Assembly: GCA_035547035.1 (NCBI GenBank)
Contig: DASZVL010000028.1
Location: 50,230-114,229, forward strand
Reading direction: 5' to 3'
Length of the DNA: 64,000 nt
Origin: Mycobacteriales bacterium
GTDB taxonomy: Bacteria > Actinomycetota > Actinomycetes > JAFAQI01
Below the pieces are notes generated by a model that did no database searches, had not been told where the DNA came from, and saw only the letters and a list, made by a program, of their open reading frames with translations. Of this stretch, positions 20,144 to 29,765 are shown piece after piece (position 1 is the stretch's first letter; each line of letters begins with the position of its first letter). The translations under genes and the position numbers were made by a program.

Positions 20144-22117
20144 TTATGCCGGGCAGTGCGCGGCGAGAAAGTCCAGCACTCGCGCGGTGAAGTCGATCGC
20201 CGCCGGGAACTGACGGACCCCGTGCGCCTCCTGCGGATAGATCACCAGCTCGGAGTGCTTGCCGGCCTCGCGCAACGCACGGTGGAACTCCAACGCCTGA
20301 CCCGGCGGCGTGCAGCGATCCAATGCACCGGTGATGTGCAACGACGGCGTCGTCACCTTGTCGGCGAAGAACACCGGGCTGCGCGTCAGATGGTGACCGG
20401 CCAGGTCGTCGACCTGCGATCCCAGGAACAAGGTGTCGAAGAACGGGATGTTGCAGGTGAAGTGCTGGCTCGTCCAGTTGCTCACCTCGGCGATCGGGAT
20501 CGCTGCCGCGAAGATGTCGGTCTGTGTGATCAGCCAGTTCGACATGTAGCCGCCGTACGACCCGCCGGTGACGGCAAGCCGCGCCGGATCGGCGGTGCCG
20601 TCGGCGATCAGCGACTCGACACCCGCGATGTAGTCCTGCGTGTCCGCGCCGCCCATCTCGCCATACACCGCACGGATGAAGTCCTGGCCGCGACCGCTCG
20701 ACCCGCGCGGGTTGGGGCGCAGTACGGCGTAACCCTTGCGAACCAGCGGCGCAATGTAGGGCAGCCCGATCTCGAAGGTGTTGCGCATCGCCCACACCGG
20801 TCCGCCGTGCACGAAGAGCACGAGCGGGAACGGACCCTCGCCGGCCGGCAGCGTCAGCAGTCCCTGGATCTCCAGGCCGTCCGGCGCCGTCCAGCTATAA
20901 GGCCCCGTCTGCCTGCAGATCTCAGCGATCCACGTCGAGCCGGCGTGCGCGAGGCTGCGGATCTCGCGCAGACCGGCCCGCTCGACGAGGCAGACCGTGT
21001 GCGGACGGGAAGCGCTCTCCAGCGTGACCGCAATCGCGCTCGCCGGGCCCGTCCCCAGCTCCGGATAGCGGGCGCCGCACGTCTCGGGGGTCGACAGCAG
21101 CTCCGTGGTCTGCCCCGTCACCGCGTCGTACTCGCCGAAGACGGTCTCCAACCCGCGGATCCCGCACCAGAGCAAGACCTCGTCGGAGCGCCACCGAAGC
21201 GCGGTGACGTCCGTCGCGAGGGTGTCGACGACGGTCGCCTCGCCGCTGACCGCATCGATCACGGACACGTCGCCTGCCACGACCGTGCGATCCGAGCTGT
21301 AGGACTGCACGACCGCCGCACGCGACCCCGCCGGGTTCCCGGCCGGCCAGCCGATCTGCTTCGGCGACGCCAGCAGCGGTCGCTCCTTGCCCGAGGCGAT
21401 GTCGATCGCGACGAGCTCTGCGGTGTACCAGTGCTCCTCACCCGGCTGAGGTGACACCACAGCGAGCACCTCGTCGTCGCCGAGCCAGGTCGCCTCCCAG
21501 ACGTTCACGCCTTCGCGTGACAGCCGGCGCACAGTGCCGTCCTCGGCGTCGTACAGGTGCAGGCTGCGCCACCCGACGAGGTCGTCGGCTCCTTCGACAG
21601 TCGGCATCCAGTCCGGCAGCTCCTCTGCCGCGACGCCACCGAGCGTGCCGGATCCCTGACCCCCGGCCTTGTCGGCGCCCGCCTCAGCGACGGCCAGCAG
21701 GTCGTAACGGCCGGACGGACTCAGCCAGTGGTACTCGACGATGCCGTCGATGGCCGCGGCCGGCGTTGCCTCACCGAGCGCGGAGTCGATGACGAAGAGC
21801 TGGTGCACACCGGGCTCGCGACGATCGGACAGGAAGTAGATCGCCGCGCCGTCCGCCGACCACATCGGGCAGCGGTCATGGGGTCCGCTGGTCAGCAGCC
21901 GGAGGTCGCCGCTCGCGACATCGACGACGGCGATCCTGCTGCCTGGTGAGGCTTCCAGGGCGTCCCGGATCGCACCCGTGCCGGCGATCGACCTGCCGTC
22001 CGGGCTGACCGCGAGCTCCAGCAGGTTGGTCACCTGACCGAAGCCCGGCGCAAGGGCACGCTCGTAGTGGTCCTGCGCCCACGCGTAGGTTGCGGTTCCC
22101 CGGATGTCGCGCGTCAT
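20144..22117 (-). CDS. S9 family peptidase (acylaminoacyl-peptidase-like, beta-propeller plus catalytic domain)
   Basis: The 657-aa ORF has the elbow VTGGSYGGYMS, a downstream Asp/His region (ITGALDRCTP, QEAHGV) and a TolB-like propeller N-terminus. No signal peptide. Confidence 0.8.
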   Translation of the reverse strand: MTRDIRGTATYAWAQDHYERALAPGFGQVTNLLELAVSPDGRSIAGTGAIRDALEASPGSRIAVVDVASGDLRLLTSGPHDRCPMWSADGAAIYFLSDRREPGVHQLFVIDSALGEATPAAAIDGIVEYHWLSPSGRYDLLAVAEAGADKAGGQGSGTLGGVAAEELPDWMPTVEGADDLVGWRSLHLYDAEDGTVRRLSREGVNVWEATWLGDDEVLAVVSPQPGEEHWYTAELVAIDIASGKERPLLASPKQIGWPAGNPAGSRAAVVQSYSSDRTVVAGDVSVIDAVSGEATVVDTLATDVTALRWRSDEVLLWCGIRGLETVFGEYDAVTGQTTELLSTPETCGARYPELGTGPASAIAVTLESASRPHTVCLVERAGLREIRSLAHAGSTWIAEICRQTGPYSWTAPDGLEIQGLLTLPAGEGPFPLVLFVHGGPVWAMRNTFEIGLPYIAPLVRKGYAVLRPNPRGSSGRGQDFIRAVYGEMGGADTQDYIAGVESLIADGTADPARLAVTGGSYGGYMSNWLITQTDIFAAAIPIAEVSNWTSQHFTCNIPFFDTLFLGSQVDDLAGHHLTRSPVFFADKVTTPSLHITGALDRCTPPGQALEFHRALREAGKHSELVIYPQEAHGVRQFPAAIDFTARVLDFLAAHCPA

Positions 22118-22962
22118 CGTGGCTCCGAGCCTCCGAACACGACGTGAGCGAGCGCACGGACGTCCGCGTCGTCGAGATCGACCTTCGCGATCTCCTGCAC
22201 CCGCCGGATGCGGTAGCGCAGCGAGTTCGGATGAAGTGACAGCGCGGCCGCAGTCGCCGACGTGTCTCCGTTGTTCGCGAGCCAGGTGCGGACCGTCCGG
22301 ACGAGGCCGGTGCCGTGCGTCGCGTCATACTCCTGCAGGCGCACCAGCGGATTGTCGATCGGCAGGGCATGAAGCGCGTGGCGAACGAGCGTCTGCATCG
22401 CGACGCGCGCCCACGACTCATCGGCAAAGACGACGTCCGCCCGGCCGCGAGCGGAGACGGACGCTGCCTCCACCGCTTCGCGGTGAGCGGCTTGCACCTC
22501 GCCGGCACTCGACATTGCCGAGCTGACACCCACGGCAGCTCCCGGCGCCTCCCGTTGAGCGAGCGCCGCCACACGGGTGGCCGCCCGATGCCCGCGATCG
22601 TCGCCGGCACGATGCGGAACGCCGCGGACCAGGACGATGAGCTGCTCCGGCGGCTGCCAGATCGCAACCGCTGACTTGTCGGAGCGCAGCTGCGCGAGGA
22701 CGCGCAGCGCAAGCTGTGCGTCCGGCACCGTTGCGACCACGAGGCGCGCACCCGCGAACGACAACCCAGCCGCAACCGCCTCGTCGGCACGCGCCTCCCC
22801 CGAGAGCAGTCGGTGCAGAGCGCACTGCTCCGAGGTCGTGCCGCGCTCGTCGGCGTGAAGCCGCAGCTCGGCCAACAACGACCCGAACTGCTCCGCGACA
22901 GCGCTGAGCTGACGGACGAGGTCCGCGGGCGCTGTCGGGGCGAGGACGTCTGGGGTCGTCAT
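22114..22962 (-). CDS. PucR/CdaR family transcriptional regulator
   Basis: Starts at the ATG at 22962 (MTTPDVLAPTAP). The C-terminal PucR HTH is LSLHPNSLRYRIRRVQEI. Its stop overlaps the downstream S9 start by 4 nt. Confidence 0.75.
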   Translation of the reverse strand: MTTPDVLAPTAPADLVRQLSAVAEQFGSLLAELRLHADERGTTSEQCALHRLLSGEARADEAVAAGLSFAGARLVVATVPDAQLALRVLAQLRSDKSAVAIWQPPEQLIVLVRGVPHRAGDDRGHRAATRVAALAQREAPGAAVGVSSAMSSAGEVQAAHREAVEAASVSARGRADVVFADESWARVAMQTLVRHALHALPIDNPLVRLQEYDATHGTGLVRTVRTWLANNGDTSATAAALSLHPNSLRYRIRRVQEIAKVDLDDADVRALAHVVFGGSEPR

Positions 22963-22966
22963 AGAA

Positions 22967-24925
22967 CTAGATCGCCAGACCGGTGGCGTTCGCCACGAAG
23001 GCGAGCCAGTCGGCGTCCTTGTCCGCCGTGGCGCCGAGCCCCGCGGCGCCGTGACCCTGCCCGCCGTAGACCCGGAGCAGGACCGGAGCGTCGCCGGTCT
23101 GGGCACGCTGCACCAGATCGACGAACTTGCGCGCGTGCCAGGTCGGGCAGCGAGGGTCGTTCTCACCAGCCGTTACCAAGACGGCGGGGTACGACGCCGG
23201 CTTCACGTTGTCGACCGGGCTGATCGCGCGCAGCCACTCGGCCTCTACGGGATTCGTCGGGTCGCCGTACTCGACATGCCCGATCGCGAAGGTCAGCGGG
23301 TCACGCACCATCCCGAGCAGGTCGTAGATCGGGACGTCGGACACGACGGCAGCCCAGAGATCGGGGCGCTGTGCGATCGCGGCGCCGGTGAGCAGGCCAC
23401 CGTTGCTCTCGCCTTTGACGGCCAGCTGTGCCGCGGTCGTCCGGCCGCTGGCGATCAGCTGTTCGGCAACGGCATACAGGTCGTTGAAGGTGTTCTGCTT
23501 GTGCTCGCGCCTGCCGCCTTGCCACCAATCAGAGCCGAGCTCGCTCCCGCCGCGAAGGTGTGCGAGCACGTACACGCCACCCGCTTCCACCCACGCCGCG
23601 TACTCGGCGAGGTGCGACGGCAGGTAGGCGAGGTTGAAGCCGCCGTACCCGTAGATGAGGGTCGGCTGCGAGACCGACAGGTCGAGATCTGCGCGATGCA
23701 CGACGTGCGCCGGCACGCAGACGCCATCGGCGGACACCGCGGTGATGGTCGACATCACGAGGCCATCGATCCGCACGGGCGGAGCGCCCACCACGTCGAG
23801 ACGGCGCTCGCTGATCACATAGCGGTACACCGTCGGCGAGGAGTCGAACGTCGAGAACACGAACGAGATCTCGTCATCGCCCGTGGCGAACATCGGGATC
23901 AGCGGGTGGGCCGCTCCGACCGCGAGGACGCACGCCGCGCCCGCCCCGGGCAGCGGAACCTCGTCGATCGGCCTCCCGCTGGCGTCCAGCACCTGGATCC
24001 GCGATGCAGCGTCATGCAGTGAGCCGAGCACGATCGCGTCGCCCACCACGTCGACATAGCGAAGGACGTCCTCGGACTCGGCGACCAGCTCGGTCCACGT
24101 CGACACATCCGAAGCCGTCGCCACCGGGATGCGGACCAGGCGGCCACGCGGTGCGCCGTCGTCGACGAGAGCGATCAGGTCGTCGCCGAGAAACTTGCCG
24201 GCAACTCCACCCGGGACGTCCTTCAGGAACGGCTGGAACTCGCCGTCTCGCAAGATCCAGTCCATCCGTGGCTCGGTGTTGCCCTCGACCAGAACCACGT
24301 GACGTCCGTCGTCGGACACCACCGGCCTGGGGAACATCAGGCCCTCGGGCGTCGGCACGGCGTCACTCGGCGGCTGGCCGAGGATGTGCCGGTAGACCGG
24401 CATCGTCATCACGCCGTCGGCGAACTCGCGGCTGGACAGCCAGAAACCGGAGCCGTCCGGCAGCCAGGACACGCCCATCGGGTTCCACGGCAACCGCTCG
24501 GGAAGCGCCTCACCCGTCGTCACGTCGATCACCGACAGCTCGTACATCTCAGTGCCGCTGGCGGTAACGGCGTAGGCAAGCAGCGTGCCGTCCGGCGACG
24601 GCTCCATCCACCCGAGGGAGACCGGCTCACCGCGCTTCGCGGAGAGCTCGTTGGGATCGACCAGCACGCGCGCCTCGCCGTTGGCGGTCTCGCGCACGAC
24701 CGCGACCGGGTGCTCGGCGGCGGGGTCCACTGCCGTGGTCTGGAACCACCGGTCTCCGCGGCGGATGGCCGGCGAGCGGCGAATGTCGACGAGGTACCGC
24801 GCCACCCGTTCGGTCAGTCCGTCACGTCCGGGAAGCGCGGCGAGGTGCTCGGCAGCTGCCGCGCTCTGTTCGTTCTGCCACTCGGTCGACTCCGCCGAGT
24901 CGATGCTGAGGTCGATCGTCGTCAA
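22967..24925 (-). CDS. prolyl oligopeptidase (S9A)
   Basis: The 652-aa ORF has a POP N-terminal propeller and catalytic Ser context VKGESNGGLL, with Asp (TAGENDPRC) and His (GQGHG) regions. Confidence 0.85.
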   Translation of the reverse strand: MTTIDLSIDSAESTEWQNEQSAAAAEHLAALPGRDGLTERVARYLVDIRRSPAIRRGDRWFQTTAVDPAAEHPVAVVRETANGEARVLVDPNELSAKRGEPVSLGWMEPSPDGTLLAYAVTASGTEMYELSVIDVTTGEALPERLPWNPMGVSWLPDGSGFWLSSREFADGVMTMPVYRHILGQPPSDAVPTPEGLMFPRPVVSDDGRHVVLVEGNTEPRMDWILRDGEFQPFLKDVPGGVAGKFLGDDLIALVDDGAPRGRLVRIPVATASDVSTWTELVAESEDVLRYVDVVGDAIVLGSLHDAASRIQVLDASGRPIDEVPLPGAGAACVLAVGAAHPLIPMFATGDDEISFVFSTFDSSPTVYRYVISERRLDVVGAPPVRIDGLVMSTITAVSADGVCVPAHVVHRADLDLSVSQPTLIYGYGGFNLAYLPSHLAEYAAWVEAGGVYVLAHLRGGSELGSDWWQGGRREHKQNTFNDLYAVAEQLIASGRTTAAQLAVKGESNGGLLTGAAIAQRPDLWAAVVSDVPIYDLLGMVRDPLTFAIGHVEYGDPTNPVEAEWLRAISPVDNVKPASYPAVLVTAGENDPRCPTWHARKFVDLVQRAQTGDAPVLLRVYGGQGHGAAGLGATADKDADWLAFVANATGLAI

Positions 24926-26427
24926 CTCGTGGTCCTCCTGATCGGACTGACGTACTGGTAGCAGCTGCAGCTCTGCTCGTAAGCAAGATCGCGGTACGCC
25001 GCGACGCCATCGGGGTGCTGCCGCATGTCGCTTCGGAAGGTGGCGGCGGACTTGAAGCTGTCGCCGATGAGCGGTCGGCTCGCCGCAATCATGTTGGCGG
25101 GCAGCGTGGGAAGCGTGTCGCCCATCTTCTTCAGGTAGAAGAACAGGTCGCAGATCTGCGCCTCAAAGCCCTGGGTCGTCGCCGACGTGCTCGCCTGGCC
25201 GGCCTGCTGCATCAACTTGAAGCACAACGTCTGATTCGAGCTGACCGGCCCTGGGTGCTTTCCCTTGCCGATGTCGAGGAACGGCTGCCAGCCGATCCCG
25301 ACGGAGTTGACCAGCTGGTCCTTCGGGGCCGTCCCTTCGAGCAGCGCACCTGGTCCGAAGTTGGAGACGACGGAGTACGCCGGCCGGTAGCCCTGCGATG
25401 ACGCCGAGATCATCAACGACAGCGGGGACGCGTCGACCGAGATGATCCGGTCCACCCCGGCGGTTCGGAACTTCAGCACAACGCCGCCCACTTGGGTCCA
25501 GTAGGCGGTGGTGTTGGGGACGGCGGCGGCCGCGGTGATATGCAACCCGTGCTGGCGCAGCGCGCGAACCAACGTCCCGCTGACCACCGCATGGTCCGCC
25601 GGTGTGTCGTAGGTGAGCACCCCGATCTTGGTGTTCGAAGTCAGCCACCCGCGACGCACCAAGTCATCGACGAGGTCCGCGGTCGACCGGCTCATGGAGT
25701 AGTCACCGGGGCCGGCAATGTAGTTCGAGTACTCCGCCATCTGCGTTTCGCTGACGCCGGATTCGTCATCGAGTACGCCGACGCCTGCCTTGGCGAAGCA
25801 CGGGAGGCTCGCGGGGCGAAGACTCAGAATCGTGACGACGTACCGCACGTGCTGGTCCTGAGTGAGCGAGGTACAGGCGGCCTGATAGGCGCTGTCCGCG
25901 TCTCCGCCGCCGGTGGCGCTGATCCCGTAGGAGCTCAGCTCGATCGGGTGGCCGCCCATGCCGCCATGCGAGTTGACCCAGTGGACCATCGCCTTGCTCT
26001 GAGCCAACGTGTCACCGGTTGAAAGCCCACCGAGCCCGACTGCCGCCGCGGCGGCTCCCACGTCTTTGCCGTACAGCAACCCGATGCGAATCGGCGTGTG
26101 GTCCGCCGACGACGCGGCGGTCGGCGTGCCGGAACCCTTTGCCGGCTTGTGTGGCGTGCCAGGTGTCGCAGCGTTCCCGCCGCCCGCCGCGACCGACGAC
26201 CCGCTCGGCGCGGCGATCCCACCGGTTCCCCCAGCATTCGTTCCTACTGACGCGCTTCCAGTCGGGTACGACGTCGTCGTAGGAACGCTCAGTCCGCCAC
26301 CCGGCCCGCCAAGTCCCTGCCCCCCGCTAGCCGACCCGACGCTCGCCGGCCCGGTGCCCATCTCGACCGTGGAGCCGCATCCGGACAGGATGAGGACGAG
26401 TGCCGCCGCCGCGACAGGCCGCTTCAC
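24922..26427 (-). CDS. Cys-rich PBP1/LivK-like substrate-binding lipoprotein, paralog 2
   Basis: Has a lipobox (ILSGCGS), a Gly/Ser/Thr/Ala/Pro linker of about 95 aa, and the core PIRIGLLYG...WVNSHGGMGGHPIELSSY. It ends in SCSCYQYVS. There are 4-nt overlaps with both neighbouring genes. Confidence 0.7.
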   Translation of the reverse strand: MKRPVAAAALVLILSGCGSTVEMGTGPASVGSASGGQGLGGPGGGLSVPTTTSYPTGSASVGTNAGGTGGIAAPSGSSVAAGGGNAATPGTPHKPAKGSGTPTAASSADHTPIRIGLLYGKDVGAAAAAVGLGGLSTGDTLAQSKAMVHWVNSHGGMGGHPIELSSYGISATGGGDADSAYQAACTSLTQDQHVRYVVTILSLRPASLPCFAKAGVGVLDDESGVSETQMAEYSNYIAGPGDYSMSRSTADLVDDLVRRGWLTSNTKIGVLTYDTPADHAVVSGTLVRALRQHGLHITAAAAVPNTTAYWTQVGGVVLKFRTAGVDRIISVDASPLSLMISASSQGYRPAYSVVSNFGPGALLEGTAPKDQLVNSVGIGWQPFLDIGKGKHPGPVSSNQTLCFKLMQQAGQASTSATTQGFEAQICDLFFYLKKMGDTLPTLPANMIAASRPLIGDSFKSAATFRSDMRQHPDGVAAYRDLAYEQSCSCYQYVSPIRRTTS

Positions 26428-28058
26428 TGCTGCACGATCCAGCGGTCGAGGTGCCCTTCGATGACCGGGAACGGGAGGGCACCCGGGCCGAGCACCTCCT
26501 CGTGGAAGGCGCGCACGTCGAACCTGGAGCCGAGCGCCTCCTCGGTCTTGCGGCGCAGCCGGTTCAGCTCGACGAAGCCGGCACGATAGGCGAGGGCCTG
26601 AGCCGGCAGGTCCGTCCCGTAACGCAGGATCTCGCTCGCGACCTGCGCGTCGGACTCCGTCGTGTTGGCCTTCATGTAGTCGGTCGCCCGCTCACGGCTC
26701 CAGCCGTAGAAGTTCAATCCGGTGTCGACCACCAGTCGTTGTGCCGTGAAGCGCTCGTGCACCAGCCGCCCATAGCCATCAAGCGGCTCGTCGTACAAGC
26801 CCATCTCCCAACCGAGACCGGCGGCGTACTCGGCCCAGCCCTCGGTGAAGGCAGTCAGCCCGTCGCTGTAACGGCGTCCGTCGGGCAGCGCGGTGTTCTC
26901 GACCTGCCGGGCCAGGTGGAAGTGGTGACCCGGCGCAAGCTCGTGGAAGATCAGCGCCGCATACGTGAGCAGCGACTTCGTCTCCAGCGCGGCGCCGTTC
27001 CAGTGGTACTTGCCGACGGGCTCGGCGGATGTCGGCGTCTGGTAGTAGCCGTACGTCATCCCGGCCTCGGCCTCCGGCGCCAGCCGCTCCACGCCGTACG
27101 GCGCCTCGGGAAGCACCTCGAACCACTGGCTGAGCAGCGGTTCGAGCCGCGCGATGTGGCGCAGGAACAGCGCCTCGACCTCGTCGGGCGAGGACGCATG
27201 GACCCGCGGATCCTTGTCGAGCTGGTTGTGGAAGTCCTGCTCGCTGCCTGCGACACCCATGTCGGCGCGGGCCTTGGCCATCTGCTCGGTGAGCCGGGCG
27301 ACCTGCTCGAGACCGAGCTGGTGAAGGTGCTCCGGACTCAGCTCGCTCGCCGTATGCGTGCGCACGAGGAACCGGTAGTACTCAGCGCCGCCGTCGTACT
27401 GCCCCAAGCCCAGCTCGACCGGCGCCGCGGACTCGTAAGAGTCGTCGAAGACTGCAAGCAACGCGTCGTACGCCGGTAGCAGCTCGCCCTCGACCAGCGC
27501 CGCGACGCGGTCGCGGACGGCGCCCGGCGCAGATGCCGGGATGGCAGCCGCCGACGCGCTGCGCAGCCGGCCCATCGACTCCCGCACGCCAGGGATCGCG
27601 GGCGCGGAGAGCAGGATGCCGGCCTCGCGCTGGCGGACCAGCCGGCGGCTGTACTCCAGCAGCTGGTCGCGCTGGTCCGCGACGAGCGAGAGATAGGTCG
27701 GCGCCTCACCGGTGAATGCGCCGAAGACCATCTGCAACGCCAGTCCGAGCCCGAAGCTCATGTACGGCGTTGCGGTGAAGCCCAACAGCGGGTGCTCAGC
27801 CTGTCCGATCCAGACGTCGAAGTCGTGCTCCACGAAGCCGGCCGTCAGCCGGTCGTCCTCGCTGAGCTCCGCGCCGCCCTCGGTGAGCTGACGGAGCTCG
27901 GCGCGCGCCCCGGCCGCGAACGCGGCATCCTCGCGCGCACTCTCGTCCGACTCGAGCCGGATCGACTCGACCGGCAGCCCGAGCCGCAACCGCAGGTACC
28001 ACTCCCGCTCGGCGCGGTAGGCGAAGACGCGGTCGGCGAGGTCACGCACCGATGACAT
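26424..28058 (-). CDS. DUF885 family protein (putative metallo-hydrolase)
   Basis: The 544-aa ORF carries the DUF885 hallmark HELAPGHHFHL. No signal peptide. Confidence 0.75.
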   Translation of the reverse strand: MSSVRDLADRVFAYRAEREWYLRLRLGLPVESIRLESDESAREDAAFAAGARAELRQLTEGGAELSEDDRLTAGFVEHDFDVWIGQAEHPLLGFTATPYMSFGLGLALQMVFGAFTGEAPTYLSLVADQRDQLLEYSRRLVRQREAGILLSAPAIPGVRESMGRLRSASAAAIPASAPGAVRDRVAALVEGELLPAYDALLAVFDDSYESAAPVELGLGQYDGGAEYYRFLVRTHTASELSPEHLHQLGLEQVARLTEQMAKARADMGVAGSEQDFHNQLDKDPRVHASSPDEVEALFLRHIARLEPLLSQWFEVLPEAPYGVERLAPEAEAGMTYGYYQTPTSAEPVGKYHWNGAALETKSLLTYAALIFHELAPGHHFHLARQVENTALPDGRRYSDGLTAFTEGWAEYAAGLGWEMGLYDEPLDGYGRLVHERFTAQRLVVDTGLNFYGWSRERATDYMKANTTESDAQVASEILRYGTDLPAQALAYRAGFVELNRLRRKTEEALGSRFDVRAFHEEVLGPGALPFPVIEGHLDRWIVQQ

Positions 28059-28123
28059 GGATGCACGTTAGGTGCGCCGGCCCGGCGACGTCAGAATCAA
28101 CGGTCGAACGCCTGGCGCTCGCC

Positions 28124-28141
28124 TTTCGACAAGTGTCGAAA
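28124..28141. promoter_or_regulatory. 8-2-8 palindrome TTTCGACA-AG-TGTCGAAA, candidate operator
   Basis: Read directly from the sequence in the 144-nt divergent region between the DUF885 operon start (28058) and the ALDH start (28203). Confidence 0.3.
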
Positions 28142-28202
28142 ATCATCGACTGACGCCCAAGCAGGCCTGCTCGCGCCGGCGCGGGCGCAAGGCGATAGAA
28201 AC

Positions 28203-29702
28203 GTGGTGACACCGTCGAGCCGGAGGCCGCCCGTGACCGCACCCGTTGTCCATCCCGACCGCTTCTTCATCGGTGGCGAGTGGGTCGCGCCGTCGTCGAC
28301 GTCGACGATCGACGTGATCGACTCGCACAGCGAGGAGGTCTACTTCTCCGTCGCCGAGGCGCAGGCCGACGACATGGAACGCGCGATCGCGGCCGCCCGC
28401 AACGCGTTCGACAACGGCCCCTGGCCGTTCCTGCGCCACAGCGAGCGCGCCGAGTACCTCCGGGCCCTCGCCAAAGAGGTCGCGGCTCGCGGCGACGCGC
28501 TCGGCGACATCTGGCCGCGCGAGTCCGGAATCCTCGCGATCATGGCCAAGTACGCCGCACCGGCGTTCGCCACGGTGTTCGACTACTACGCCGGCCTCGC
28601 CGAGACCTTCGAGTGGGAGCAGCGCGCGCAGCCGACCGGTGGCGGCTCCTTCGGCCTGATCGTGCGTGAGCCGGTCGGCGTCGTCGGAGCGATCATTCCG
28701 TGGAACGCGCCGATCCAGCTCGCCATCTACAAGATGGCCCCCGCCCTGCTCGCCGGCTGCACCGTCATCCTGAAGGCCTCCCCCGAGGCACCCGGAGCGG
28801 CCTACCTGCTCGCCGAGGCCGCTGAGGCCGCAGGCCTGCCGGCCGGTGTCTTCAACGTGCTGACCGCCGACCGCGAGGTCTCGGAGCGGCTCGTCACGGA
28901 CCCGCGGGTGGACAAGATCGCGTTCACCGGCTCGACCGCCGCGGGCCGGCGGATCGCCTCGCTGTGCGGCGAGCGGATCGCGCGCTACACCCTCGAGCTC
29001 GGCGGCAAGTCGGCCGCTGTGATCCTCGACGACGCCGACCTCGCGTCGGCCGCGGCAGCGATCGCGGGCGCCGAGTGCATGATCTCCGGTCAGGTCTGCT
29101 CGTCGCTGACCCGCCTGGTGGTTCCGCGCAAGCGGCACGACGAGTTCGTCGACGCACTCGCGGGCACCTTCTCGAAGGTCGTCGTCGGCGACCCGTTCGA
29201 CGACTCGACCCAGATGGGCCCGCTCGCGATGGAGCGACAGCGCGACAAGGTCCTCAGCCTGATCGAGCAGGGCAAGCGCGAGGCCAAGCTCGTCACCGGC
29301 GGCGGCCGGCCGGCTCATCTCGAGCGCGGCTACTACGTCGAGCCGACGGTCTTCGCCGACGTGGCCAACACCGCGACGATCGCACAGGAGGAGATCTTCG
29401 GGCCGGTGCTGTCGGTGATCCCGGCGGCAGACGAGGAAGATGCGATTCGGATCGCGAACGACACGATCTACGGCCTGAACGCCTCGGTGTTCACGCCGGA
29501 TGCAGACCGGGCTCGTGCCGTGGCGGCCCGGCTTCGTTCCGGCACCGTCGGCCACAACGGCTTCCGCACCGACTTCGGGATCGCGTTCGGCGGGTTCAAG
29601 CAGTCGGGCATCGGCCGCGAGGGCGGCGTCGAGGGCTTGATGCCCTACCTCGAGACGAAGACCGTCATCCTCGACGGGACGCCGAGCGCCTACGGCGAGT
29701 AG
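28203..29702 (+). CDS. NAD(P)-dependent aldehyde dehydrogenase
   Basis: ALDH motifs are present: FIGGEWV, KIAFTGSTAAGRRI, the catalytic Glu in LELGGKSAAVIL, the catalytic Cys in GQVCSS, and EEIFGPV. Confidence 0.9.
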   Translation: MVTPSSRRPPVTAPVVHPDRFFIGGEWVAPSSTSTIDVIDSHSEEVYFSVAEAQADDMERAIAAARNAFDNGPWPFLRHSERAEYLRALAKEVAARGDALGDIWPRESGILAIMAKYAAPAFATVFDYYAGLAETFEWEQRAQPTGGGSFGLIVREPVGVVGAIIPWNAPIQLAIYKMAPALLAGCTVILKASPEAPGAAYLLAEAAEAAGLPAGVFNVLTADREVSERLVTDPRVDKIAFTGSTAAGRRIASLCGERIARYTLELGGKSAAVILDDADLASAAAAIAGAECMISGQVCSSLTRLVVPRKRHDEFVDALAGTFSKVVVGDPFDDSTQMGPLAMERQRDKVLSLIEQGKREAKLVTGGGRPAHLERGYYVEPTVFADVANTATIAQEEIFGPVLSVIPAADEEDAIRIANDTIYGLNASVFTPDADRARAVAARLRSGTVGHNGFRTDFGIAFGGFKQSGIGREGGVEGLMPYLETKTVILDGTPSAYGE

Positions 29703-29765
29703 CCGCGACAGGCGGCGGGCGACCAGCCGCAGGAGGGACGGCGCCGGAGGGCGAACCCAACTGGG

